Below are positions 36,590 to 47,700 of a stretch of 64,000 nucleotides of DNA, one piece after another. A program made the translations under genes and the position numbers. Each line of letters begins with the position of its first letter. The stretch's first letter is position 1. The notes below the pieces were generated by a model that saw only the letters and a program-made list of their open reading frames with translations, searched no databases and was not told where the DNA came from. Source of the DNA: Mobula hypostoma (taxonomy: Eukaryota); assembly GCF_963921235.1 (NCBI RefSeq), contig NC_086107.1:112718001-112782000 (forward strand). Direction: 5' to 3'.

Positions 36590-37890
36590 AAGACCATAAG
36601 AGACAGGAGTAGAATTATGCCATTTGATCGGTCGAGTCTGCTCTGCTGTTTTATCATGGCTGATCCATTTCCCGCTCAGCCCCAATCACCTGCCTTCTCC
36701 CTATAACCCTTGATGCCCTGACCACCCAACAGCCACCTGCGGCAATTCCACAGATTCACTATCCTTTGGCTAAAGAAATTCCTCCTCATCTCTGTTCTAG
36801 ATGAACGTTCCTCTGCTCTGAGACCGTAGGAAATGTCCTGTCTATATCCATTCTATCCAGGCCTTTCAAAATTCGATAATTTTCAATGTGATCCTCCCTC
36901 ATTCTTGTGAATTTCAGCGAGTACAGGCCCAGAACCTTCAATCAGTCCTTATATGGTAACCCTTACATTCCCAGAATTATCCTTGTGAACCTCTTCTGAA
37001 CCCTCTCAAATGTCGGCACATAAGGGGCCCAAAACTGCTCACAATTCTCCAAGTGAGGCCTTACCAGTGTCTCAACATTATATCCTTGTTTTTATATTTT
37101 AGTCCTCTTGAAATTAATGCTAATATTGCATTTGCCTTCCTCACCACCGACTTAATCTGCAAATTAATCTTTAGGGAATCTTGCATGAAAATACCCAAGT
37201 CCCCTTGCACCTCAGATTTTTGAAATTTCTCTCCAGTTAGAAAATAATCTCCACTTTTATTTCTTCTACCAAAGTCCATGGCCATACTCTTCCCGACACT
37301 GTATTCCATTTGCCACTTCTTTGCCCATTTTCCTAGTCCATCTTAAGTCCTTCTGCAGCCTCCCTGTTTCCTCAACACTATTTACCCCTCCATCTTACTT
37401 CGTATTGTCCGCAAGCTTGGCCACAAAGCCATCAATTCCATCATCCACATCATTGACATATAACAGTAAAAGAATCAGTTCCACACTGACCCCTGTGAAA
37501 CACCACTAGTTACTGGCAGCCAACCAGAAAAGGCTCCATTTATTCCCACCCTTTGCTCCCTGCCAATTAGATAATGCTCTATCCATGCTAGTGCCTTTCC
37601 TGTAATGCCATGGGCTCCTAACTCATTAAACAGCCTCATGTGTGGCACTTTGTCAAAGGCCTTCTGAAAATCCAAGTACATAACATCCACTAATTGTCCT
37701 TTGTCTATCCTGCTTACTATCTGTTCAAAGAATTCCAACAGATTCGTCAGGCGAGATTTTTCTTTAAGAAAATTATACTAAACTCGGCCTATTTTATCAT
37801 ATGGCTCCAGATACCCCGAAATCACACCCTTAACAATCAACTCCAACATCTTTCCAACCACTGAGGTTAGACGAACTGGCCTATAATTTG
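36590..37890 (-). mobile_element. Older degenerate CR1
   Basis: ORFs 37475..37738 (YLDFQKAFDKVPH), 37061..37309 and part of 37778..38089. Confidence 0.85.
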
Positions 37891-38437
37891 GTGGTGATGA
37901 AGGCATTTTTTTTAGGGGTGGTGGAAGATTAGGATTTTTTAACAGAGGAGTAATGGATAGGATTTCAGTTCCTTTGAACTCTGAAAGTTCGAAGAACTGG
38001 AGAAGAGTTTGGTGCATTGGAATTTCGATCAGGAGAAATGATGAATTGATCTTTCTATTAAAAGTGTGGTGTGGCCTGCTGGGGGGCAAATGGTGTGTGT
38101 CACTTTAATACATTGCGAGCAATGGAGAATTCCGAATCTGCTGGGAATTCTATCCTGTGGTGACAGGATACTGTTTCAACAAATGGATCCTGATCCAAGT
38201 GTTAAAGATTGCTAATTATTGAATGTTTGCATTTTCTTGCAGGCAGAGATTGTGCATTTAATTTAATTTGCTGAATGTGTGCTTTATTTGGGCTAAGGGG
38301 ACTGCAGATTGTTAATTGTTGACAGAAATACCAATCCAAGCAATTCTCGGGAAGCTGTTTACCATATCTCCTCATTCAGCTGTTTTTGTATCGGCCGGTG
38401 TTGCATTCTGATCCACGGTTTGGTCTTGTTTCTTCAG

Positions 38438-38517
38438 TCTGCTGCTGATAAACAGGGAACAGAACAAGAACTTATTCACCTTGCAGCCCCATGGGGTTGA
38501 GAACACCCAGCAACAGG
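38438..38517 (+). CDS. FUZ: FUZ coding exon 9 (G-LLLINREQNKNLFTLQPHGVENTQQQ-E)
   Basis: ttgtttcttcag acceptor, gtaagc donor, 80 nt. Phase 2/1 fits exons 8 and 10. Resembles human LLLLHLELKRCLFTVEP. Confidence 0.9.
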
Positions 38518-39292
38518 GTAAGCATCTAGCTGAGCTGTGTTACGGCAGCTTTTAAATGGTGGTAAAATTCTAGTAGTGTGGAAGTGACACCATAAGATAT
38601 AGGGGCAGAATTAGGCCATTCAGCCCATTGAGTCTACCCTGCCATTCCATCATGGCTGATTCATTATCCCTCTCAACCCCATTCTCCTGCCTTCTTCCTG
38701 TAACCTTTGACACCCTTACTCATCAAGAAACTATCAATCTCTGAATTAAATATACCCAATGATTTGGCCTCCACAGCCATCTGTCTGTGGCAATGAATTC
38801 CACAGATTCAATTCCTCGAAGAGGCCAGAAAATAACTCAAACTGATACTCCCCAGAATATTAGAAACTATAGTCCCAAACACACATGAATCAAGTTAGCA
38901 ACTTCTGTGAAACAGTTCTGAAAAGTTGGCATCTCACTACTCTGGGGCTGCAACTTATGTCTCACTGTGGTTCTGCACTCCCCGACCTACTGGTACATCT
39001 TTGCATCACCTAGTTGGTCCTATTCCATCCATGTTTCAGTGAAGTGCTTAGTTCTTCCAATATCCCACTGAATACAAGTCAAGGTTGTCCCAATCTGCCT
39101 TCATTCATCCAGCCATATCTAGGCCAACTAGATGAGGGATCACCCTGGTGAATATCCGCTCCACTCCCCCCACAGCAACAAAATGGCAAAAAACTCATCA
39201 ACCATAAACCGCACATTAATATAAACACGTTAAACTGTTTTGACATGATCAGTACATTGTAAAGAAGGCAAACCCACTACTTCTGTCAGCCT

Positions 39293-41819
39293 TCAGTGGC
39301 CACTTTATTAGGTACAGGTGCTCGTTAACGCAAATATCTAATCAGCCAATCATGTGGCAGCAACTCGATGAATAAAAGCATGCCAACATGGTCAAGAGGT
39401 TCAGTTGTTATTCAGACTAAACATCAGAATGGGGAAGAAATGTGATCCATGTGACTTTTATCCTGGAATGAATGATTGGTGCCAAACGGGATGGTATGAG
39501 TATCTCAGAAACTGCTGATCTCTTGGGATTTTCACGCACAGCAGCCTCTAGAATTTACAGAGTGATGCGAAAAACATAGAAACATAGAAACATAGAAAAT
39601 AGGTGCAGGAGTAGGCCATTCGGCCCTTCGAGTCTGCACCGCCATTTATTATGATCATGGCTGATCATCCAACTCAGAACCCCGCCCCAGCCTTCCCTCC
39701 ATACCCCCTGACCCCTGTAGCCACAAGGGCCATATCTAACTCCCTCGTAAATATAGCTAATGAACTGGCCTCAACTGTTTCCTGTGGCAGAGAATTCCAC
39801 AGATTCACCACTCTCTGTGTGAAGAAGTTTTTCCTAATCTCGGTCCTAAAAGGCTTCCCCTCTATCCTCAAACTGTGGCCCCTTGTTCTGGACTTCCCCA
39901 ATATCGGGAACAACCTTCCTGCATCTAGCCTGTCCAATCCCTTTAGGATCTTATACGTTTCAATTAGATCCCCCCTCAGTCTTCTAAATTCCAACGAGTA
40001 CAAGCCCAGTTCATCCAGTCTTTCTTCATATGAAAGTCCTGCCATCCCAGGAATCAATCTGGTGAACCTTCTTTGTACTCCCTCTATGGCAAGGATGTCT
40101 TTCCTCAGATTAAGGGACCAAAACTGCACACAATACTCCAGGTGTGGTCTCACCAAGGCCTTGTACAACTGCAGTAGTACCTCCCTGCGCCTGTACTCGA
40201 ATCCTCTCGCTATAAATGCCAGCATACCATTCGCCTTTTTCACCGCCTGTTGTACCTGCATGCCCACTTTCAATGACTGGTGTATAATGACACCCAGGTC
40301 TCGTTGCACCTCCCCTTTTCCTAATCGGCCACCATTCAGATAATAATCTGTTTTCCTATTTTTGCCACCAAAGTGGATAACTTCACATTTATCCACATTA
40401 AATTGCATCTGCCATGAATTTGCCCACTCACCCAACCTATCCAAGTCACCCTGCATCCTCTTAGCATCCTCCTCACAGCTAACACTGCCACCCAGCTTCG
40501 TGTCATCTGCAAACTTGGAGATGCTGCATTTAATTCCCTCATCCAAGTCATTAATAGATATTGTAAACAACTGGGGTCCCAGCACTGAGCCTTGTGGTAC
40601 CCCACTCGTCACCGCCTGCCATTCTGAAAAGGTCCCGTTTATTCCCACTCTTTGCTTCCTGTCTGCTAACCAATTCTCCACCCACACCAATACCTTACCC
40701 CCAATACCGAGTGCCTTAAGTTTGCACACTAATCTCCTGTGTGGGACCTTGTCAAAAGCCTTTTGAAAATCCAAATATACCACATCCACTGGTTCTCCCC
40801 TATCCACTCTACTAGTTACATCCTCAAAAAATTCTATGAGATTCGTCAGACATGATTTTCCTTTCACAAATCCATGCTGACTTTGTCCGATCATTTCACC
40901 GCTTTCCAAATGTGCTGTTATCACATCCTTGATAACTGACTCCAGCAGTTTCCCCACCACCGACGTTAGGCTAACCGGTCTATAATTCCCCGGTTTCTCT
41001 CTCCCTCCTTTTTTAAAAAGTGGGGTTACATTAGCCACCCTCCAATCCTCAGGAACTAGTCCAGAATCTAATGAGTTTTGAAAAATTATCACTAATGCAT
41101 CCACTATTTCTTGGGCTACTTCCTTAAGCACTCTAGGATGCAGACCATCTGGACCTGGGGATTTATCTGCCTTCAATCCCTTCAATTTACCTAACACCAC
41201 TTCCCTACTAACATGTATTTCGCTCAGTTCCTCCATCTCACTGGACCCTCTGTCCCTTACTATTTCTGGAAGATTATTTATGTCCTCCTTAGTGAAGACA
41301 GAACCAAAGTAATTGTTCAATTGGTCTGCCATGGCCTTGCTCCCCATAATTAATTCACCTGTTTCTGTCTGCAGGGGACCTACATTTGTCTTTACCAGTC
41401 TTTTCCTTTTTACATATCTATAAAAGCTTTTACAGTCCGTTTTTATGTTCCCTGCCAGTTTTCTCTCATAATCTTTTTTCTCCTTCCTAATTAAGCCCTT
41501 TGTCCTCCTCTGCTGAACTCTGAATTTCTCCCAGTCCTCAGGTGAGCCACTTTCTCTGGCTAATTTGTATGCTTCAAAACAAAAAAAAAATCCAGTGAAT
41601 GGCAATCCTGCGGGTGAAAGCGCCTCGTTAATGAAAGGTCAGACTGGTTCAAGCTGGCAGAAAGGTGACAGTAACTCAAATAACCACACGTTACGACAGT
41701 GGTGTACAGAAGAGCATCTCTGAAAGCACAACACATCGAACCTTTCAGTGGATGGGCTACAGCAGCAGAAGACCATACCAGGTTCCCCTCCTGTACCTAA
41801 TAAAGCAGTAACTGAGTGT
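39293..41819 (+). mobile_element. Non-autonomous Tc1-like element split by a CR1 insertion
   Basis: Left TIR CAGTGGCCACTTTATTAGGTAC. Sequence resumes collinearly at 41576 and ends with a right TIR remnant. Confidence 0.85.
39577..41575 (-). mobile_element. CR1 subfamily A, 5'-truncated, with uninterrupted RT ORF
   Basis: ORF 39674..41605 (643 aa; the first ~10 aa come from flank), (CATAGAAA)n tail, TSD AAAACA at 39571-39576 and 41576-41581. Confidence 0.96.
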
Positions 41820-42414
41820 CTTTCATATAAGGCTAAGTGGAGGAAAAGGAGCAGCAAGCTTCCGATGTCAGAGCTATTCCCAAATCTATCACCCAAAAGG
41901 GAAACCTAACCATGCACAATCTTAATTTAGACACCTTTGCTAGATTTAAAATTCTCAAATTCCCTGCTTCATTGCATACCTTCACCCTCAGCCAATTAAG
42001 AGTCTGCTCGGCCTGAGTGATCTGCTCAGCCAGTTAAGAGTTAACCACTTGGTCTGTGGATGAGGGAAAGACAGCAGCTTCCACACCCCCCCCCCACCCC
42101 AAGGAGCATTGGTGAGCCAAAGGGTTTTTACCGCAATCCTGTAGTTTTGTGGTCAACTTTACTCGTGATCCTTAAGCGTCACAGATTGGGATTTGAATTT
42201 GGATCTCCCTGAATTATTAGCCCAGGTCTTTGAATAATCCAGTAATTTAATCATGACCACCACCGCTGCCCTGCATTCATTCAAGAAGATGACTCACCTC
42301 TTTCTCAAGGGCCTTGATACCAATTGCACAAAGAAATGTAGAATCACAGAAACAGACCCTTCGGTCCTACTCGTTGCTGTTGACCACTGCATTTGGTCCC
42401 ATATCCCTCTAAAC

Positions 42415-42493
42415 CAGGGTTTCCCAGACTGGGGTCTAGGGACCCTTCTGTTAATGGTGGGAGTCCGTGGCACAATAAAGGTGGAAAACCCGG
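42415..42493. mobile_element. hAT (Charlie-type) MITE
   Basis: CAGGGTTTCCC...GGAAAACCCGG ends and perfect 8-bp TSD CTCTAAAC at 42407-42414 and 42494-42501. Confidence 0.8.
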
Positions 42494-42724
42494 CTCTAAA
42501 CCTCTCCTATCCGTGTATCGGTCCACATCTCAAAAATAAACAATTGGGACACTCCAGGACTACTCTCTTGTGCAGGAAAGCATTGATAGAGTCCCTAACG
42601 AAGCGTTTCAGTCTCAGTATTTCTTCCATTTCACAACCAGGCAGATGCTGAGCACAGAACAGCTTTAATTATAATGTGTCAAGAAAGGCATTAATTGCAA
42701 TTTATTTTAATGAAAATATTACAG

Positions 42725-42826
42725 AAGCAATACTTCCTCCTGAGAGACGTAGATCAGTTCTGCGACAGTTTTACACCCTGGCTGTCTCGGCATACTTCCC
42801 AGCAGATACAACTGAAGACAAGCCTG
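42725..42826 (+). CDS. FUZ: FUZ coding exon 10 (E-AILPPERRRSVLRQFYTLAVSAYFPADTTEDKP-A)
   Basis: ttacag acceptor, gtaggt donor, 102 nt, phase 1/1. Resembles human PEQRRRLLRNFYTLVTSTHFP. Confidence 0.92.
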
Positions 42827-42941
42827 GTAGGTGAATATAACTTAAATGCATGGCCAATTATAAAAGTAGACCTGTTTTCTACTGACCCCTCCAGTGAGTT
42901 CCGTTGATTAAGTGTCAGTGGGCAGTTTCACATTTGAAATA

Positions 42942-43549
42942 TAGTACTGTGCAAAAGTCTTAGGTACTTGTATAGCTGGGGTGCCTAAGACATCTGCACA
43001 GTAGTATTGTAATTTTATGTATTGCACTGTACTGATGCTGCTGCAAAAAAAACAAATTTTATGACGTGATGATAAATCTGATTCTGATAAGGGTCTGTAT
43101 TGTGGACTGAAAGTGGGAAGGGGCAGGGAGAGGAGAATCATGGATGGGGAGAGGGGAGAGTATGGGTTCTGTTGTGGACTGAGAGTGGGAAAGGAGCAGG
43201 AAGAAGGGAATCATGGTTGTGAAGAGGGAAGAGAGTGGGAAGCACCAGCGAGACATTCTGTAATGCTCAATGAACTGATTGTTTGGAATCTAATGAACTT
43301 GCCTGGTGTGAGTCTGTATACTATTCCTCCCCTGCCCGCACTCCCCCACCCCCACCGTCCCTGGCACTCCTTCTCCGCCGCCTATCCCACACCCCTCCTA
43401 CGGCGCTCCACCCTCACCATTCCCAATATCCATTGATCTCACCAGATCTACAAATTCACACTCTGCTCCACGTTGACAGATACAGTACTGTGCAAAAGTC
43501 CTAGGCACCCTCGCTATATATATGTGCCTAAGACTTTTGCACAGTGCTG
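42942..43549. mobile_element. Composite element bounded by two ~67-bp palindromic Tc1/mariner-like MITE units
   Basis: AGTACTGTGCAAAAGTCYTAGGYAC...GTGCCTAAGAC..YTGCACAGT at 42942-43009 and 43483-43549, flanked by TA. Confidence 0.65.
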
Positions 43550-43674
43550 TAGATTGGGAGGAATCCCCTTCCAGCCTACACAGAAACCATCATTGGTCAG
43601 GAATTGTCCAGCGCAAGCTGGGAATCAAACTCAAAACTTCTGAGGCTGCACGTTAGAAATGATCACGGGGTAGA

Positions 43675-43995
43675 TCTAGGACTGCAGATGCAGAAATAGG
43701 GGGCAAAAAAACAGACTGCTAGAGGAACCTGGTGAGTTGGAGGGAACTGGCCAGTTGATGTTTCGGGTCAGACACTTTATATCGGCTGAAAGCCAGTTAA
43801 AGTGTTGAGCCATTTAAAGGGGTGAGGGGAAGATGCGGAGCTAAGGTGGTAAGTGAAAGGCAGATGGGGGGTGGGGGAGAGGATTTTATTTATATATATA
43901 TGTAGGACAAGGGGAGCAGGTCACCTGAAATTGGAGAACTCAGAGTTGATGCCATCAGGTTGCAGACTACCCAGTCAGACATTGAGGTGCTATTC
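43675..43995 (-). mobile_element. Penelope-like 3' fragment (degenerate)
   Basis: Antisense remnant of LGSLQPDGINSEFSNFR plus pLTR remnant. Confidence 0.65.
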
Positions 43996-44003
43996 CTCTA
44001 GAG

Positions 44004-44070
44004 CAGGGGGTTCCCAAGCTTTTTTATGCCATGGACCTCTACCATAAACCGAAGGGTCTGTGGACCCCTG
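44004..44070. mobile_element. hAT MITE
   Basis: CAGGGG...CCCCTG ends; TSD CTCTAGAG / CTCTAGAT. Confidence 0.75.
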
Positions 44071-44385
44071 CTCTAGATTCAGTGATGCTCCAGTTCGTGT
44101 GGTATGCTTGAAAATGGATCCATGACTTTTATACTTTTCCCCTTGCCACTTGGACCGTTCTTTGACATTCCCACTTTGCCCCTTACTGTTTTACCATTCA
44201 TAGCTGCTAAACTCAGGATGTTCCTCCTGCATAAAAAATACTTGTAAAAGTACTCACTGGTTGATTATCTGAGTATCAAGTATCCCACACACAAACAGGC
44301 AGGTCCCCGTACTGTATGAGCCTCCCCCTCGTCCCATCCATTGGCTTATCTGTTATATTCCTTTCTTTCTCATGTTAATCTAGCT

Positions 44386-44465
44386 CAGGGATTCCCATCC
44401 TTTTTTATGCCATGGACCAATACCATCAAGCAAAGAGTTTGTGGACTCCAGGTTGGGAACCCCTA
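44386..44465. mobile_element. hAT MITE
   Basis: CAGGGATTCCCA...TGGGAACCCCTA ends; TSD ATCTAGCT / TTCTAGCT. Confidence 0.75.
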
Positions 44466-44771
44466 TTCTAGCTTTGCTTATATTGATGCTAACCTCAGTT
44501 ATTGTGTTAAGAGTGTGAGGACGGCATTCTCGTCACTCTGTGAGTAAGATATTTTTGCTCTTTGAATATAATTTGTGATTATATGATTTGCAAGAACGAA
44601 GTGCTGAAAATATTTATCAGACCAGCCAGAGATTGTGGAGGGAGAAACAGAATTAATATTTCTGGTGAAAAGTCATTGGCCTGAAATGTTAACTCTTGTC
44701 GCCTCTCTACTGAAGTTTCCTGACCAGTTGACTAATTCAAGTATTTTGTACCTCTAACTTCACGTGTATGG

Positions 44772-47700
44772 AAACCATAGAAAGAAACCATAGAACACTA
44801 CAGCATAGAAACAGGCCTTTTGGCCTTTCTTGGCTGTGCCGAACCATTTTCTGCCTAGTCCCACTGACCTGCACACGGACCATATCCCTCCATACACCTC
44901 CCATCCATGTATCTGTCCAATTTATTCTTAAATGTTACAAAAGAACCCGTATTTACCACCTCATCTAGCAGCTCATTCCATACTCCCACCACTCTCTGTG
45001 TGAAGAAGCCCCCCGCTAATTTTCCCTTTAAACTTTTCCCCCCTCACCCTTAACCCATGTCCTCTGGTTTTTTTTCTCCCCTTGCCTCAGTGGAAAAAGC
45101 CTTCTTGCATTCACTCTATCTATACCTATCATAATTTTATATACGTCTATCAAATCTCTCCTCATTCTTCTACGCTCCAGGGAATAAAGTCCTAACCTAT
45201 TCAACCTTTCTCCGTAACTGAGTTTCTCAAGTCCTGGCAACATCCTTGTAAACCTTCTCTGCACTCTTTCAACCTTATTTATATCCTTCCTGTAATTTGG
45301 TGACCAAAACTGAACACAATACTCCAGATTCGGCCTCACCAATGCCTTATACAACCTCATCATAACATTCCAGCTCTTATACTCAATACTTTGATTTATA
45401 AAGGCCAATGTACCAAAATTTCTCTTTACGACCCTATCTACTTGTGACGCCACTTTTAGGGAATTTTGTATCTGTATTCCCAGATCCCTCTGTTCTACTG
45501 CACTCCTCAGTGCCTTACCATTAACCCTGTATGTTCTACCTTGGTTTGTCCTTCCAACGTGCAATACCTCACATTTGTCTGTATTAAACTCCATCTGCCA
45601 TTTTTCAGCCCATTTTTCCAGCTGGTCCAAGTCCCTCTGCAGGCTCTGAAAACCTTCCTCACTGTCTACTACACCTCCAATCTTTGTATCATCAGCAAAT
45701 TTGCTGATCCAATTTACCACATTATCATCCAGATCATTGATATAGATGACAAATAACAATGGACCCAGCACTGATCCCTGTGGCACACCACTAGTCACAG
45801 GCCTCCACTCAGAGAAGCAATTCTCTACCACCACTCTTTGGCTTCTTCCATTGAGCCAATGTCTAATCCAATTTACCACCTCTCCATGTATACCTAGCGA
45901 CTGAATTTTCCTAACTAACCTCCCATGCGGGACCTTGTCAAAGGCCTTACTGAAATCCATGTAGACAATATCCACTGCCTTCCCTTCATCCACTTTCCTG
46001 GTAACCTCCTCGAAAAACTCCAATAGATTGGTCAAACATGACCTACCACGCACAAAGCCATGTTGACTCTCCCTAATAAGTCCCTGTCTATCCAAATGCT
46101 TGTAGATTCTGTCTCTTAGTACTCCCTCCAATAACTTACCTACTACTGACGTTAAACTTACCGGCCTATAATTTCCCGGATTACTTTTCGATCCTTTTTT
46201 AAACAACGGAACAACATGAGCCACTCCAATCCTCCGGCACCTCACCCGTAGACAGCGACATTTTAAATATTTCTGCCAGGGTCCCCGCAATTTCAACACT
46301 AGTCTCCTTCAAGGTCCGAGGGAACACTCTGTCAGGTCCCGGGGATTTATCCACTTTAATTTTCCTCAAGACAGCAAGCACCTCCTCCTTTTCAATCTGT
46401 ACAGTTTCCATGATCTCACTACTTGATTCCCTCAATTCCATAGATTTCATGCCAGTTTCCTTAGTAAATACAGACGCAAAAAACCTATTTAAGATCTCCC
46501 CCATTTCCTTTGGTTCCACACATAGCCGACCACTCTGATCTTCAAGAGGACCAAATTTATCCCTTACAATCCTTTTGCTCTTAATATACCTGGGAAGAGA
46601 GAGTGAGGCTGACGCTACGCAACTCTCCCTCACTTAAATCCAAATCACGCGCTAGTCTCGACACCATCATTATGGTGTCGAGGTCCTCATCGACGTCAAC
46701 GATGGACGAACAACAATATACCTGTAAAAGCTCTTTGGATTATCCTTCACTTTGACTGCCAAGGCAACCTCATGTCTTCTTTTAGCCCTCCTGATTTTTT
46801 TCTTAAGTATTTCCTGCACTTCTTATACTCCTCAAGCACCTGATTTACTCCCTGTTTCCTATACATTTCATACAACTCCCTCTTCTTTATCAGAGTTGCA
46901 ATATCCCTTGAGAACCAAGGTTCCTTATTCCTATTCAATTTGCCTTTAATCCTGACAGGAACATACAAACTCTGCACTCTCAAAATGTCTCCTTTGAAGG
47001 CTTCCCACCTACCAATCACATCTTTGCCAGAGAACAACCTGTCCCAATCCACGCTTTTTAGATCCTTTCTCATTTCTTCAAATTTGGCCTTCTTCCAGTT
47101 CAGAACCTCAACCCTAGGACCAGATCTATCCTCGTCCATGATCAAATTGAAACTAATGGTGTTATGATCACTGGAACCAAAGTGCTCCCCTACACAGACT
47201 TCTGTCACTTGTCCTAACTCGTTTCCTAACAGGAGATCCAATATTGCATCCCCACTAGTTGGTCCCTCTATATATTGATTTAGAAAACTTTCCTGAACAC
47301 ATTTTACAAACTCTAAACCATCTAGACCCCTAACAGTATGGGAGTCCCAATCAATGTATGGAAAATTAAAATCCCCCACCACCACAACTTTATGTTTCCT
47401 GCAGTTGCCTGCTATCTCTCTGCAGATTCGCTCTTCCAAGTCTCGTTGACTATTGGGTGGTCTGTAATACAATCCCACTAATGTGGCCATACCTTTCCTG
47501 TCTCTCAGCTCCACCCATGAGGACTCAGTAGACAAGCCCTCTAATCTGTCCTGCCTGAGCACTGCTGTAATATTTTCCCTAACAAGCAATGCTACTCCCC
47601 CACCTTTCATTCCTCTGCCTCGATCACATCTGAAACATCGGAACCCTGGAATATTAAGCTGCCAGTCCTGCCCCTCCTGTAGCCAAGTTTCACTAATTGC

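Noticed and set aside
38308..38400. Alternative candidate for FUZ exon 9 (LLIVDRNTNP...)
   Set aside because: No pyrimidine tract or suitable donor. 38438-38517 fits both phase and homology.
33709..40343. Long antisense ORFs (258 aa, 230 aa twice)
   Set aside because: Shadow frames opposite CR1 ORF2, repeated in each copy.
33578..41605. Reverse transcriptase ORFs as a retron, DGR or novel RT system
   Set aside because: They are ordinary CR1 ORF2 (APE + RT) with CR1 tails and TSDs.
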